Source of the DNA: Trichoplax sp. H2
Taxonomy: Eukaryota
Direction of reading: 5' to 3'
Length of the DNA: 64,000 nt
NCBI GenBank assembly: GCA_003344405.1
Contig: NOWV01000193.1
Coordinates: forward strand, 1 to 64,000
Shown here: in pieces, positions 1-13,642 of the stretch
Layout: every line of letters starts with the position of its first letter
Position numbering within the stretch: the first letter of the stretch is position 1
Program-made: the position numbers and the translations under genes
Notes under the pieces: model-generated
Databases searched by the model: none
Told to the model about the DNA's origin: nothing
The model's input: only the letters and a program-made list of their open reading frames with translations

Positions 1-1075
1 TGGATTATTATCTCATGTAACACTGCAAATGTATATTTGGTTAGTTGGTTGTATCGCTTTTATTGGTAACATTGCCGTCTTTACTTTACATATTAAAAGT
101 ATAAAAACAAAGAAGAATCCTGTTCCAATATTTCTAATCGCAAATTTAGCTATTTCTGACTTTATTGTTGCTAACTATTTGTTAATTATTGCTATTGGTG
201 ATCGATTCTATAGTCATTATAATTTCGCTGTCGAATCTGAACACTGGCTACGTAGTATACCATGTTTACTTGCTTGTTTTATATGGTGTGCAGCAAGCCT
301 GATGTCGGTCTTTATGATGCTAATTATTAGTATCGATCGATATGTTTGCATCGTTTATCCTTTCTCTGAACGAAAATTAACAGTTAAATCGGCGTTCTTA
401 TTAGTTGCATGTTGTTGGCTATTTTCAATTATCTTTGTTGGTATTCCAGTTATGTATAGCGTTGGCGCTGATGGAGATAATCGATTACATGGATACAGTA
501 GTATATGTATGGCTAGTAATGTTTCTAATCCATACTTTAAATGGTGGATTACAGCATTTACACTTATTACAATTATCTGTTGGATTATTACATGTATTCT
601 ATACGGTAAAATGCTAAGTTCTATTCGTCAATCAAGTCGTAATATACGCAAAAGTAAAAGTATCAGTAAAGATAAGCGTATAGCCATACGTCTGTTCTTA
701 ATATTAGTCACCGATTTAATCAGTTGGATTCCATATTACATTGTATTTATGCATGTTTTATCTACATCGCATTCGGTTGATATGATAGCTTTGCAATTTA
801 CCATTATATTTGCTTTACCAATCAATTCTGCGGTGAATCCATGCTTGTATACACTATCGAGTCAATCCCTTATCAATAAGATTAACAGAATTGGTGGCGT
901 TTTTCAAGGGGCATTGAAATTGATACGAAACAGTATGCAATCCTCTGAAGATCTAAGCGATTTATCGGCCAACAATAATAGAATGAAACCCCATACGAAA
1001 ACAACTCATGTATTCCGCAGATATAACACACGGGCTAGCATTAATATCGGAAGGAATATGTCATCGAAAATATAG
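1..1075 (+). CDS. Rhodopsin-class GPCR 7TM region, LGR/GRL101-like; 5' end lies outside the window
   Basis: Seven hydrophobic helices with GN (TM1), NLAISD (TM2), SIDRY (TM3), TDLISWIPY (TM6) and LPINSAVNPCLY (TM7), typical of leucine-rich-repeat GPCRs. The frame stays open upstream of ATG 29 to the window edge (GLLSHVTLQ-MYIW), so this is probably the last exon of a longer gene. Confidence 0.85.
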   Translation, partial: GLLSHVTLQMYIWLVGCIAFIGNIAVFTLHIKSIKTKKNPVPIFLIANLAISDFIVANYLLIIAIGDRFYSHYNFAVESEHWLRSIPCLLACFIWCAASLMSVFMMLIISIDRYVCIVYPFSERKLTVKSAFLLVACCWLFSIIFVGIPVMYSVGADGDNRLHGYSSICMASNVSNPYFKWWITAFTLITIICWIITCILYGKMLSSIRQSSRNIRKSKSISKDKRIAIRLFLILVTDLISWIPYYIVFMHVLSTSHSVDMIALQFTIIFALPINSAVNPCLYTLSSQSLINKINRIGGVFQGALKLIRNSMQSSEDLSDLSANNNRMKPHTKTTHVFRRYNTRASINIGRNMSSKI

Positions 1076-1299
1076 AATAGCTTATTCTACTTAATTCTTT
1101 CGTTTACGTATTGCCTTATTGCTTGATCTTTATGAAACTAAGAACATAGTTAAGGCTACGTTCAGGCTATAACATTGCCTGTTACGATTTTTCTTTGAAC
1201 TTATTTCTATGATCATTTTAAATTACACGATAAGCGTAATGCACTTTGTCGATACAAAATTCTAAAGGAAATTATGTACTGATTTCATGGAATCTAATG

Positions 1300-1760
1300 T
1301 AGTTTGAGTTTAAATTTAAAATATTCATATATGAAATGTAACTTTGTTCCGTAATTGCATCAACGTCCATAGACTTTGCAATTTCGGCGATATCCAGTTC
1401 TTTAGCATAACATCTTGCGTAATAATCTTCAATAAGGTAGTTTAAATTCGGAATATTTGTATATGGAATCTAACTTTGTTCTTTCGTTGTATAATCTATT
1501 ATAATCCGACAAGACATGATTACTCCTAATGCAACGTGCCCATGAAATTGATAGACTTTGTAATTTCGTTGATATCAAGTTCTTTAACATAACATTTTAC
1601 GTAATAATCATCAATAAGATATTTTAAGTTCAGAGTGTTCGTGTATGGAATGTAACTTTGCTCTTTAGTTGTACGATCTATTACAATCAGACAAGATATG
1701 CTTCCATCTAAAAGTGTAATTGTTAGACTTTGTAATTTCGTTGATATTTCATTCTTTAAT
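1300..1760. repeat. Degenerate tandem repeat, about 180 bp unit, about 2.5 copies
   Basis: Recurring blocks AGACTTTG(C/T)AATTTCG..GATAT (about 1371, 1553, 1725) and ATG(G/A)AAT.TAACTTTG (about 1331, 1463, 1645). Confidence 0.7.
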
Positions 1761-4374
1761 TAAGTTCAGTATAACATATTGCATGATAATTAATCATTAA
1801 TAAAATACTGTAGGTTTCTTCCATCTTAAATACATATTTTACAAAGGTATGCACTGGTGAGTACATCTTGTGATACTCGTAAGTTACAACATACCAATGG
1901 TTATAATGAAGTCTAAATTTGTTCCTAGTGTTGACGTCAATACTCGCATATACAGTCTGTTTGGGGATATTTTTAATGACTAGTTTTACTTTCATTCAAG
2001 ATTATGGTTTACATGCCTCAGTGCTCTATAAGGATTAGATTCTAATACTATATAAATAAAAGATTGAAAAAAAATTTCAAGTTTACATACCAGGCTCTAA
2101 CAGTAATTAGAGTTGATTAACTAACTATTGGCGAGTATGCAATCAGTTTTAATAAAAGTTTCAAGGTTTGTATAGAATATCATTTCTACCAGTGGAAATT
2201 GAACAGTCCATCAGAGTATTAGAGTACAATGTACGTTAATAAACAGTAGGAACTTAGCTTATGTCACATTTATAAGTCAAAACTCGAAAATTTTATACGG
2301 TATTAAGGCAGATCTTACGGTGGTTAAAGAACCACTTGTCAACTGCCGAGTGATCCATTTCTACGAAGATCCACCGTCTCGTTCCGGAAATCAAAGCTAT
2401 ACTACATTACCATCAAATGATCTCTGTAACGTGGATAACTGAAACTACTACCGTTAGTCCCACAATAACTTACGAACACAACACTTGTAGAGTAGACTAG
2501 TCCAAAGTTTTATTACAATTATGGAAACAAGCACAGCAACATACAGTATTCTCGTTTCCAAATCACGTACAACATCCAGTTTTGACGTATATTCATTGAA
2601 AATTTCACAAGAATAGACCCAAGTTCGCTGGTTGTCCTATCCTATAAGGGTCCCACCCGAAATTTAGATCGACGATTTTGGAGAGAAGTACAGTATTACA
2701 ATTTAATTCACTCATAATCATTGGATTCGGTTAGCAAGGCTAAAGGTTACGAGGACGGAAAGTTTCAGATCGTTTGAATTGGGGGTGTTGTAAATATTGA
2801 GTATATTGAGGGCGGCTGCAGATTAAAAATTTGACCCATTTTATACCTTAATTAACTTCGCTATTGTAGCTGATGGTAGCTCGCAATAATGTACAGTGTC
2901 TACTACTTTCAAGATACCTTATTCGATCGAGAACTGTGGAAGATATCCAGCTATGATCAAACGACGGTAAGAACAACACACGTTAGCCTACGATTGCGCT
3001 GTGATCCTTGTTAATAAAGCAACATTACGGTAAACAGGTAAACAAATTCGTTTAGCAATACTTGATACGTGCGTTGAACGCTGATTTCTATTTACAGCCA
3101 TTAAACCAAGTTAAAACCATGCCATCCTACTGCACTCTATACGTACGCGCAATATGGTATCGCGAATCAGACATTACTGTATCACTGTTCGAGGCCTCAG
3201 CTACATCTACTGAAACTATGTTGTCATGATTACAGTAATAAAGTAAGGTAAAATTGCTTTGCAAATTTGTCAATCAAAGACTATATTATTAACGTGCAGC
3301 TGCATGGTAGTACACAATGAAAGATTGAGACTATTTGCCTTTACCTGTACAGTAAAATAAAGGCCATTGAGCTAAGAGAAACACCTTTGCCCATACAGTA
3401 TACCAAAACTGTGAACAGAACTTGACTGTGGGTTGGATTCGAACGATTAAACGGTCACCTACGGACAAGCAGTTCGGACGGACTTTCACCAGTTGAAATT
3501 GGCAGTACAGTACACTGCACAGTACTGTTGAGCTCACTGCACACAGTACAGTACTACAGACAAGCATTTCGGACGGACTTCCACCAGTTGCAATGGACAG
3601 TGCTGTACAGTGAGTGTACAGTACACTGCACAGTACTCTACTGTACTGTACTGTAAACATAATACTGTACTCTACAGTCCATACTGTACAGTACCGTACT
3701 GTACCTCGACTTCTATAGTACAGTACTGTATACTGAGTGTACAGTGTACAGTACAGTAAAGTGCATGTCCGACAAATCTACAGTATTTCGCGGCGTCCGG
3801 CACTTTTAAAAGGCAGCGATCTGGCGGGAAAAGTAGAGTGTTTTGCAAAACACACCACATGCCTATTGCAGCTTTGTCGATATTGCGTTGATGAAAGCTC
3901 AAGGTAAAAGTAAAATGGTCAATACTCTCTTGTCTTATTTTACACGTATATCGCCTAAATCAGAGACACCCAAATCTCAAACACCTGCTAATAAAAGAAA
4001 TGAAGCCACTGGCNNNNNNNNNNNNNNNNNNNNAATCAGACATTACTGTATCACTGTTCGAGGCCTCAGCTACATCTACTGAAACTATGTTGTCATGATT
4101 ACAGTAATAAAGTAAGGTAAAATTGCTTTGCAAATTAGTCAATCAAAGACTATATTATTAACGTGCAGCTGCATGGTAGTACACAATGAAAGATTGAGAC
4201 TATTTGCCTTTACCTGTACAGTAAAATAATGGCCATTGAGCTAAGAGAAATACCTTTGCCTATACAGTACTGTATTCCAAAACTGTGAACTGAACTTGAC
4301 TGCGGGTTGGATTCGAACAATTAAACGGTCACCTACGGACAAGCAGTTCGGACGGACTTTCACCAGTTGAAATT

Positions 4375-4710
4375 GACAGTACAGTGCACACTACACTCAC
4401 TGCACACAGTACAGTACTGTACAGTACTACAGACGAGCATTTCGGACGGACTTCCACCAGTTGCAATGGACAGTACTGTACAGTACTGTACAGTACAGTG
4501 AGTGTACAGTACTGTACAGTGTACAGTGTACAGTACAGTAACGTACCGTACAGTACTGTACAGTGTACAGTGTACAGTACAGTAACGTACCGTACAGTAC
4601 TGTAAACATAATACTGTACTCTACAGTCCATACAGTACAGTACAGTACAGTACCGTACCTCGACTTCTACAGTACAGTACTGTACTGTACTGTACAGTGT
4701 ACAGTACATG
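4375..4710. repeat. Mixed-orientation TACAG/TACTG/TACAGTG tract upstream of MSH6 (allelic copy about 3500-3790)
   Basis: Directly visible, e.g. CAGTACTGTACAGTACTGTACAGTACAGTG; ends about 120 bp before ATG 4829. Confidence 0.9.
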
Positions 4711-4723
4711 TCCGACAAATCTA

Positions 4724-4770
4724 TTTCGCGGCGTCCGGCACTTTTAAAAGGCAGCGATCTGGCGGGAAAA
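4724..4770. promoter_or_regulatory. Candidate E2F sites in the MSH6 promoter
   Basis: TTTCGCGG (4724-4731) and GGCGGGAAAA (4761-4770; reverse complement TTTTCCCGCC) resemble the E2F consensus TTTSSCGC, 60-100 bp upstream of the ATG, and are present in both allelic copies. Confidence 0.45.
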
Positions 4771-4828
4771 GTAGAGTGTTTTGCAAAACACACCACATGC
4801 CAATTGCAGCTTTGTCGATATTGCGTTG

Positions 4829-7800
4829 ATGAAAGCTCAAGGTAAAAGTAAAATGGTCAATACTCTCTTGTCTTATTTTACACGTATATCGCCTAAATCA
4901 GAGACACCCAAATCTCAAACACCTGCTAATAAAAGAAATGAAGCCACTGGCGAGGATGGAATGAGAACTGGAGCGAATAATAATCCTATCAGTAGTGCTG
5001 GTCATGACAAGCAAGGAAGCCAGGGTGACGATTTGCACCTATTTCAAGTGGTGTGGTCCAGACTAGAAGGTTATCCATGGTGGCCTAGCTTAATTTGCAA
5101 TGATCCTGATACGATGCAATTTTGTAAAAAGAAGAAAAATGACGACAGCTTTTGGTACCATGTTCAATTTTTCGATAATCCTCCAAGTCGAGCCTGGCTT
5201 TCTGCCAAGTAAATAATGCTCTATTTTGTGTCAATAACTGTAGTAGACTTTTTCCATTGGAGGATGGTCTTGCACCATCGCAACGGTGGCATAACACGTT
5301 GCGTGAACAATCTAATGAATTAGTAAAGCCAAATGTACATCATTCAATATCGTCTTTAGATAGTTCCAAGAATTGTCCGTGACATAGTTCAAGTCTTTGA
5401 TGACTAGCAGTTCATTGCATTAGATTGATCTCCAATTGTTACAATTACTACGTTAAATTTAGAATCTTGTTTGGCACGGTTGATAGGACGTCTAGCTCAC
5501 CCGATTTTTCGTTAGTTGTTGCCCAACGATGAAAGAATGGCTCTCTTCAGCTTAGCCAAATCGAGCGTACTACACGTTACTTGATAGTTATTATCTTGCA
5601 AAGAATAAATCGATGCTAAGTAAACTTGCTATTAAATTGATTTGAGCTGTTCTACTCTACACTGATTTCCTTTGCACTAGTTGCACCTATACCGTAATTT
5701 GCAGAGTCTAGACAAGCGTTACACTTTCTTGCTATGTCGGTAGAGCAATCGACATGGGTTACGTGATCAATAATGAACTTCCAACTTTTACATAGGGACA
5801 TTCAAAACTTTAGTGTCAATGATAAGCATGATTTCGATACTGGCCGAAGCAGATTTACTTCTCGTGATCCAAACGTGATAAAAGCCGTAAAGAGCGCGAA
5901 TGAGGTTATGAAAACCCCGGCAGATCAAAGAGAAAAGTATTTAGCTACTTGGTCAGAAGACTTTGCCGACAGTGATAGCGATGCTGAGTGTTTAATGGCC
6001 ATGGACATCGATGAGCCTCAAACAGCTCATCGCGACAATAACAACGATGCTGATAGTGATAATGATGAGGATGATATTAATGCTACAGTAAGTTTTAGAA
6101 GATTGTGTACATATTATGACTTTTATCACTATTTTAAGAATGCAGGACTTAATGATTCAATTTTTCATCGTAGATTCGGAGTAAAAGGAACGCAGATAAG
6201 ACGGCCGGAAAGAGATCAGCTCGTAAAAGGCTGCGGATGTTGGACGATTCCGATTCTGGTAAGTTAGCATCGGCTTAATGTAGTATTGTGTCAATGAGTC
6301 ATCATACCGATTGAATTGGTTTGCTCGATAAATGCCACTAACAGCTATAAATGCTTTCGGTATAAGATGCTTACGTTCCCAGTCAAGAAGAAGATAGCTC
6401 TAGCAGTAGCAGTGGTGATGAAGAAGTCGATGATATATCTACGCCAGATGAAGATGAGGTGCGTTGTATTATCACTCGCGATGCACCCTAAACGTAATTG
6501 TTGCACACTTTCGTCAGTGATAAGTATTGTAGTGGCAATGCAAGCAATTATTGCTATTTCAACGGTTGTACTGATCAACCTTATATTTTTAGGAAGAAGA
6601 TGTTAATATACCTTTGAAAAAAAGAAACACTAAACTATCTCAATCACAATCAAAGCAATCTAAATCACCTGCAAATCGATCGAAAGTAATAGATGCAGAA
6701 AACTTCGAATACCAAGGATCAAGTAATAAGTCTGCATCAAGTACGAACACTGCTACAACAGCTAATCGAAACAATAGTAGTCCGAAGAGTTCTAGCCCTC
6801 CCGCAAATCGCAACGTTAATGCTGTAAGTTAAAAATTAGACTGCTTACTTATGATGTTGTCTAATACATAAAGAAAATCGTGTAATTCGTGGACCCATTT
6901 CGATATTACAGTTAGATGATGGCAATGATAACTATATTCACCAAGGGTTAAAGTGGATGCAAGATGGATTTCGAAAGTACGTCATATTAAATTAATTAAT
7001 TATCAATGTAGCACAATAGTCGTAGATGCCTACCTGTATTTTACCTATTTTTGATTTCATTGTATGTGTATTGATTCTCTAGAGATTCTAAGGGTCGCCT
7101 TCAATCTGATCCAGAATACGATAGTCGAACTCTTTGGGTATGCAACATTGATATTTATTACATCTTGAGGACAGCTGACAGTAAAAACATAAATCGTATT
7201 GTTTATTTTAATCTCTGATATTAGTTACCTTCTGGCTTCTTAAAGGAACAAACTCCGGTACGTACAAGTAGTTATTTTGCCATTTTGATCTTAAATACTT
7301 AGCTTAGTACGGTACAAGGGCTCGCGATGTCATTGTGCGATTATATACAATGTAGATTTTGTCATCTTCTTCTCGTGTCTATTAACTTCTTACTGAACTT
7401 CTCGTATTTAGCTAATGAGACAATGGTGGCAAATTAAATCAGAGAACTTTGATTCAGTATTGTGCTTTAAAGTAAGTAATGAATACCTTCAGTTTAATAA
7501 TATAGCAAGTAATACTACTATTTGTATTGCACGTATGCAGGTGGGGAAGTTCTATGAAATGTATCATATGGATGCTTTAATAGGCATATCTGAGTTGGGA
7601 TTAATACTAATGAGAGTAAGTTGAATAATTTGTACATTTTGTAACAGCGTAGTTCCAACCAGTGGTCCAGTATATAATATAATTAATGGCCAAAATTCAT
7701 TCATTTATACCATAATAGTAATCATTCGATCTATTTTCTTAAAGTTTTGTACAATAGTAATTTGTAAAGAGGTATCCGTATAATTTTTAGGGAGGAGCTC

Positions 7801-10800
7801 AAAGTTCAACGGCCGTAGCGCATTGTGGATTTCCTGAAATCGCCTTTTCAAGATATGCGGAAACTCTTGCTCAAAGAGGCTATAGGTTCATAAACGAAAT
7901 AATGTGTAATTTTTATAACTATTGATTTGAAGCTGTTATTCTCAATCTCGTATATATGTGCTTAAATAAATATTTCTAACGATAGAGTTGTTCGAGTGGA
8001 GCAAACCGAAACACCACAGATGATGGAAGAAAGAGTTAAAAGCTGTAAGGAACAACACATTTTACAGTTTATAATAAATTCCAATACAAAATGAATCGTT
8101 TACAAATGAAGTGATCTTTCTTAGGTTATTTCATTATTATTATTATTCTATAGTAGCTACTCGCCCAACAAAGTTTGATAAGGTTGTCAACCGAGAAGTT
8201 TGTGGTAGAATTACAAAAGGTAGATAAATAGCTTGTTAACTGTTTTCGTAGTGATGCACATGATTCATTAAATGATGTGTTAATTAGCTACCCGAACATT
8301 CAGTGTTCAAAATTATGAAGATCCAAATTCTGAAAATGCATTTCTTTTGGCTATCATAGAAAGAGTAAGTTTAAAACCAGTCGATGTTTAGTGATTGGCA
8401 ATTATTGCTACTTCTGGATTTATCCAGCACTTAAAAAATTATTTAACTTGATAAAATTCTACAAAATGGAACTAGGAAAGAGATGATCTTGCAGTCGGTC
8501 ACAGCTTACTCGGTGTTTGCTTCCTTGACACAACTATTGGAAAATTTCACGTATGTAAACATCTGGAATGCTAAATTCATAAAAACTAAGATTTTTAACA
8601 AAGCTGTTGTAACAACTTATGTGTCCTATAGCTTGGTCAGTTTACTGATGATCGACAGTGTTCTCGATTACGGACCTTAATAACGCACTTTCAACCGGTT
8701 CAGGTAAATTTAAATGACAATATATGCATATAATGTATATTCTATTTAGAATCGTACTCTAATAAATAAACAATTATGGGTACAACAGATATTGTATGAA
8801 CGTGGAAAAGTCTCTAGTAAATTACAGCATATATTCCAGCACGATTTGCTATCCGCAATGAAGGATGCCCTTGCTCCTGGTAAAGTAAAAATAATAACCA
8901 AATGTTTGAGGTTGAAAGCGATACGATAGCAGCTAATTTAGCTTTTAATCGTGTCGTTCTTGTTATCGAACAGGATCCGAATTTTGGGATAGTAACAACA
9001 CTTTAAAAATTTTATCAGAAAAGAGCTATTTTACTAAAGATGGAAACGAGGCTGATGATGCTTCGTTGGATACCTGGCCAGAAACCTTACGAAATTTTGT
9101 TGAAGGTATGATAGTTCTTACTATTTCACGTTATGGTGACTAATATTTTAAAATTTTTGCTACTAATTCATTATTGTTATTGCTACAGGAGACGGATTTG
9201 GTATTACTGCTAAGGAAGATTACGATCTCACTGTCAGTGCTTTGGGTGCCTCCATCTGGTATGAGAATTTTGAAGTGTGATGTCCATCATTATGGTAATT
9301 AAATTTCGTAGTAAATTTAAGCCTTTACTTCATTAGGTATCTTACGAAATGCTTCTTGGATTATGATTTGATGTCTTTGAAAAATTTTGAGGTGAATTTT
9401 CTCAATTTATTGCATATTGTTTGCAATTTGTTCTTCAACTTTAAGGCTGTAATTAAAAGTATTACGCGAGTCTTGATGAGAAATTTGCTATTTTTAAATA
9501 GGAGTACGTCCCGCCTGATGCTCCATCGCCAGATCGTCTTGTAGCTGGAAATATTCTAAAGCATAAACATATGGTTAAAATTAATTTTTACGATTAGTAA
9601 TATTGTGATCAATTTTTGAAATTATATATTATTGTCCTTTAGATTCTAGATGCAGTTACTCTCATAAATTTAGATATTTTACCGACAGCGAGTGACTCCG
9701 GTCTTCGTGGTACTTTGCTGGAAAAGCTTGATTATTGCGTTACACCTACGGGTAGATTAAATAATAGCATGTTGTACTTATCCATTCTTGACATGGCAAA
9801 AGTTAAAATGGTAAAATACAAATTTTACCTTTTATTAGGCAAACGATTATTCAAGCACTGGCTTTGTACACCGTTGTGCGATCCGGTTTTAATCAATGAC
9901 AGGTTCAGATTTTTGAATTGCCCATTATTCTTTGTGTACAATTTGTGTCTAAATGAAGCCTTTGACTCTTGTGCTTTCAATTTATGGATGTATAGGCTTG
10001 ATGCTGTAGAAGACTTGATGGCTATGTCTTCGGCAGTATCTGACTGTTTAAATACCCTGCGAAAAATCCCTGATCTCGAAAAATTAATTAACAAGTACTG
10101 TACATAGTTCTTCCGTTGTTTATTAATTTTAGTATAAGTTGCAAATACTGTACACGATGACTCCTTAGTAACGAAGCTATGATTCTTTTGATGACAGAAT
10201 ACATAGCCTTGGTTCCTCCCGAAGAAGTAATCACCCTGATAACAAAGCTATCTTTTTTGAAGATACCGCGTATAGGTTTGTGAAATGTTATCTTTATTTA
10301 TTGTTTTCGTAGTACTTGTTCGCGTCCCTAGGGCACTAATGAGACACTTAATGTTCTCTCGAACTCTAGTAAAAGAAAAATTTTGGAATTCATATCTGTA
10401 ATTAATGGTTTTAAAACCCTATTACAAAGCATTGAATCTTTACAAACCAACCGAGATAAGATGAAGTAAAGCTCTTGAATTATTGCACTTACATCGAAAA
10501 TGTTAATATTTAGGCAATGTAACTAGAACACTACTTTCAGATCTAGGCTGCTATTGCAAATTATCACTTATACCGGCGAGAATTTTAGCGGCATTAAGGG
10601 AAAGTTTCCTCAATTGTTGGAGTATATACAATTCTTTCAGGTATTGTTTGTAAATGTTACTGTAGTGAACAGTCACCGTTTTAAGTAACGTGATCAATTA
10701 TAAAATGTTGGCGTATTTATTTAGAAAGCATTTGATCATGAGCAAGCAAAAAAGGATGGTAAAATAATACCTAAACCGGGTACGATACTAAGTGTCCAAA

Positions 10801-13156
10801 AATCATGACATCTAAAAGTTTGATATCTGCTATGAATTAACAACGTAGTAAATTAGTCTGCCACCATCGGAGACGGAAATGGTTGCAATAACTGTACAAG
10901 TCATTTTTTCTTCGTATCAGATAGTAAAACTTTTTTAAACAGCGAATGTGGAATGCACTTATTAAATTTCAATACACAGGTGCTGATCCTGAGTACGATG
11001 ATGCCATTCAGTCCATAGCAGAAATTAAGCAAGAACTTGAACATTACCTTGATTCACAAAAAAAGAGATTAAATTGTCGTGTATGTATAATATTGTTAAC
11101 TTTCGTAGAGATAACGTATGTAGATGTATTCAATTAACTTTTGATTTGGGCTGATATGAAACGATATGCAGAACATTCGATACTGGGGACAAGGGCGCAA
11201 CCGATATCAGATAGAGGTGCCTGAATCAGTGCTATCACGATATACACCAAACGACTATGAATTGAGATCTCGCAAAAAGGGTTTCAAGCGATTTTGGACC
11301 GGCGATATATTGAATTTAATAGAAAGCCTAACGAACGCTGAAGAAAGGCGAGACGCAGCTTTGAAAGATGCGATGCGAAGGATTTTTCTGAAGTTTGACG
11401 AGTAGTATGTTGATATAAAGTTTTAGACTTGTAATTTTGCTGTAATCAAGCATTGTTGTTTTTGAATACGTAAGTATCAAACTTATTTTTAAAATTCATG
11501 ATATAGCTATGAAAATTGGAACGTGGCGATACAATGCGTAGCCGTGTTGGATGCGTTATGTAGTCTGGCATCTTACAGGTTAGATAGACGTAATACAGTA
11601 TGCCAGATAATAACTGTTTTAATACCAAAGTAAGTTAACTTAAATGTAACGTTGCAGTTCTAGCATTGAAAGCGAGAGTTGCCGACCAAAAGTTGCATTC
11701 GCCGGCAATAACGATGAGGTATGTTCTAAACTGGGCATAATCCCATTTTGATGACATGTGCTATAATGTTTCAATTATCATTCCTTTAGCCATACGTAGA
11801 AATTCGAAATGGTAGGCATCCTTGCATCTCGCAAACTTTCAGTGGTGGTGATTTTATCCCCAACGATACTATCATTGGAATTAAGGATGTCAGTAATCAC
11901 TCTATTCATGCTAATTTCAACTGGATATTAATCTCTATTAACTCTACTGACGATAAGATTTGTGATACTATAGTCGAATAATTGCAACGAAACTGGTAAT
12001 AGTGTCCTGGTAACCGGACCAAATATGGGTGGTAAATCAACGTTGATGAGGCAGGTGGGCCTGCTGGCAATTATGGCACAGCTTGTAAGTACAGTACATA
12101 CTATGTCCTCATTCTGATTTTACGGATGTTTTTGCATGGATTGCTAAGCTTATTTAGATTTTAATTTGTACTATCTGCTTATACTCAGGGTTGCTATGTC
12201 CCAGCCACTTCCTGCTGTCTATCTCCAGTTGATCGATTATTTACAAGACTAGGAGCATCAGATAGGATCATGTCAGGAGAGAGTACATTTTTTGTCGAGC
12301 TAAGCGAAACTACAACAATTTTACGACATGCAACGAAGCACTCTCTTGTTCTCCTAGATGAGCTAGGTTTGTTTATACTTCATAATCGGAATAATCATTT
12401 AGGAACCTTTCTTAAAAATCTTGAATGAATCCTGTATTTATAATTCGTTCATTATGCGATAAATAGGACGTGGAACCGCAACTTACGATGGCACAGCTAT
12501 TGCCGGTGCGGTCGTTAGTCATCTTGCGCATGAAATTAAGTGTCGCACGCTATTTTCAACGCATTATCACTCGTTAGTAGAAGATTTTGTATCCGATCCC
12601 AACGTTCGCCTTGGTCACATGGTAAAATTATTTCTTTTTAAGTCATTTTGTATATACTTATACATGCAGACCTCACTAAAGACGATTGACTTTAATTTTA
12701 TCGGTCTTATTACATTCAGGCGTGTATGGTGGAAAACGAAGATGATGACGATCCTAGTAAGGAGACTATTACCTTCCTATATAAATTTGTTGCTGGAGCC
12801 TGCCCTAAAAGTTATGGATTTAACGCTGCTCGCTTAGCAGGCTTGCCTGACAACGTAAGTTTGAAAATGTAAAGAATTACAGGAATAACCTTTGTGTTTT
12901 TTATAAATGAAATCTACGTTATAATCGAATTAGGTAATAGTTAAGGCAAAAAGAAAAGCAAAAGAATTCGAGAGTAGTGCTAAGAAATTGCATTTGTTCA
13001 GGTAAGCTAACAAGAAATCGTATAGAGTTGTTTTATGAGCGAAGATGATATATGTCCTAATATATGTTCTCTGTTAGATCTATCTATAATTTGGCTTCTG
13101 ATTCATCCAGTGTTAAGGAACTTGTCAAATTGTGCCAGAATATGCATCTAAAGTGA
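4829..13156 (+). CDS. MSH6: DNA mismatch repair protein MSH6 (multi-exon, many short introns)
   Basis: N-terminal PIP-like NTLLSYF, PWWP domain ([12 protein letters not shown]), MutS-I motifs MRQWWQIKS / [13 protein letters not shown], Walker [11 protein letters not shown] (about 12013), [33 protein letters not shown]. Last exon [26 protein letters not shown] ends at TGA 13154-13156. Confidence 0.96.
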
Positions 13157-13642
13157 TACTGCTGATACGTTATCAGCTCATATTTTGTCAGTAACGATGC
13201 AAAATTTTACAAATTACTTATACTTGTACTTTAAAGCAATTATACCTGTTGTGATTTTATCACTAAAATTATAAACTATATAGCTTATATCCTCTTATAA
13301 ACGTTATGCACTTTATGGTTAATAAGAAATTGCAAAAAGAATATTTTAGGAATGAAAAATGTTCTGTAATGGTTAATTCCGCACTATGAGATAGACGTAT
13401 ATATAGTATATCCAAATAGGATAAATTGTTGATTTATTTCCGAAATACCAATGAAACATGATTCCAGCATTTTTTTGATCATTTGAATAGTAAAATCTTT
13501 AACTGATATTAGACGTAACAGTCAAGTCTATCGAAACTTGTAAACGTCTGTATATTGAACGATAACTAAATAAATGCATTAATTTGGATGGCATCCAATA
13601 CTATTTATATATGACGTTATTCTCCGGCTTTTTGTCCAGTAC

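Larger units (their letters stand above)
3165..4951. repeat. Near-identical duplication across an assembly gap: 3165-4013 vs 4034-4951 (MSH6 promoter plus first codons); probable uncollapsed haplotypes
   Basis: Both copies start AATCAGACATTACTGT and end GAAGCCACTGGC, separated by 20 N (4014-4033). They differ by scattered SNPs and by TACAG-unit indels. Confidence 0.9.

Noticed and set aside
2640..2980. Possible MITE relic upstream of the MSH6 promoter
   Set aside because: No matching terminal inverted repeats or target duplication could be defined.
3890..4013. Apparent second MSH6 gene start
   Set aside because: Identical to 4829-4951 and cut by a gap; best explained as an allelic duplicate.
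3331..4829. Many overlapping Y/S/T/V/Q/C/L-rich ORFs (also 18725-19586, 24119-24620, 37531-37992, 55193-55473)
   Set aside because: They are translations of TACAG/TACTG tracts, which rarely contain stop codons; no protein motifs.
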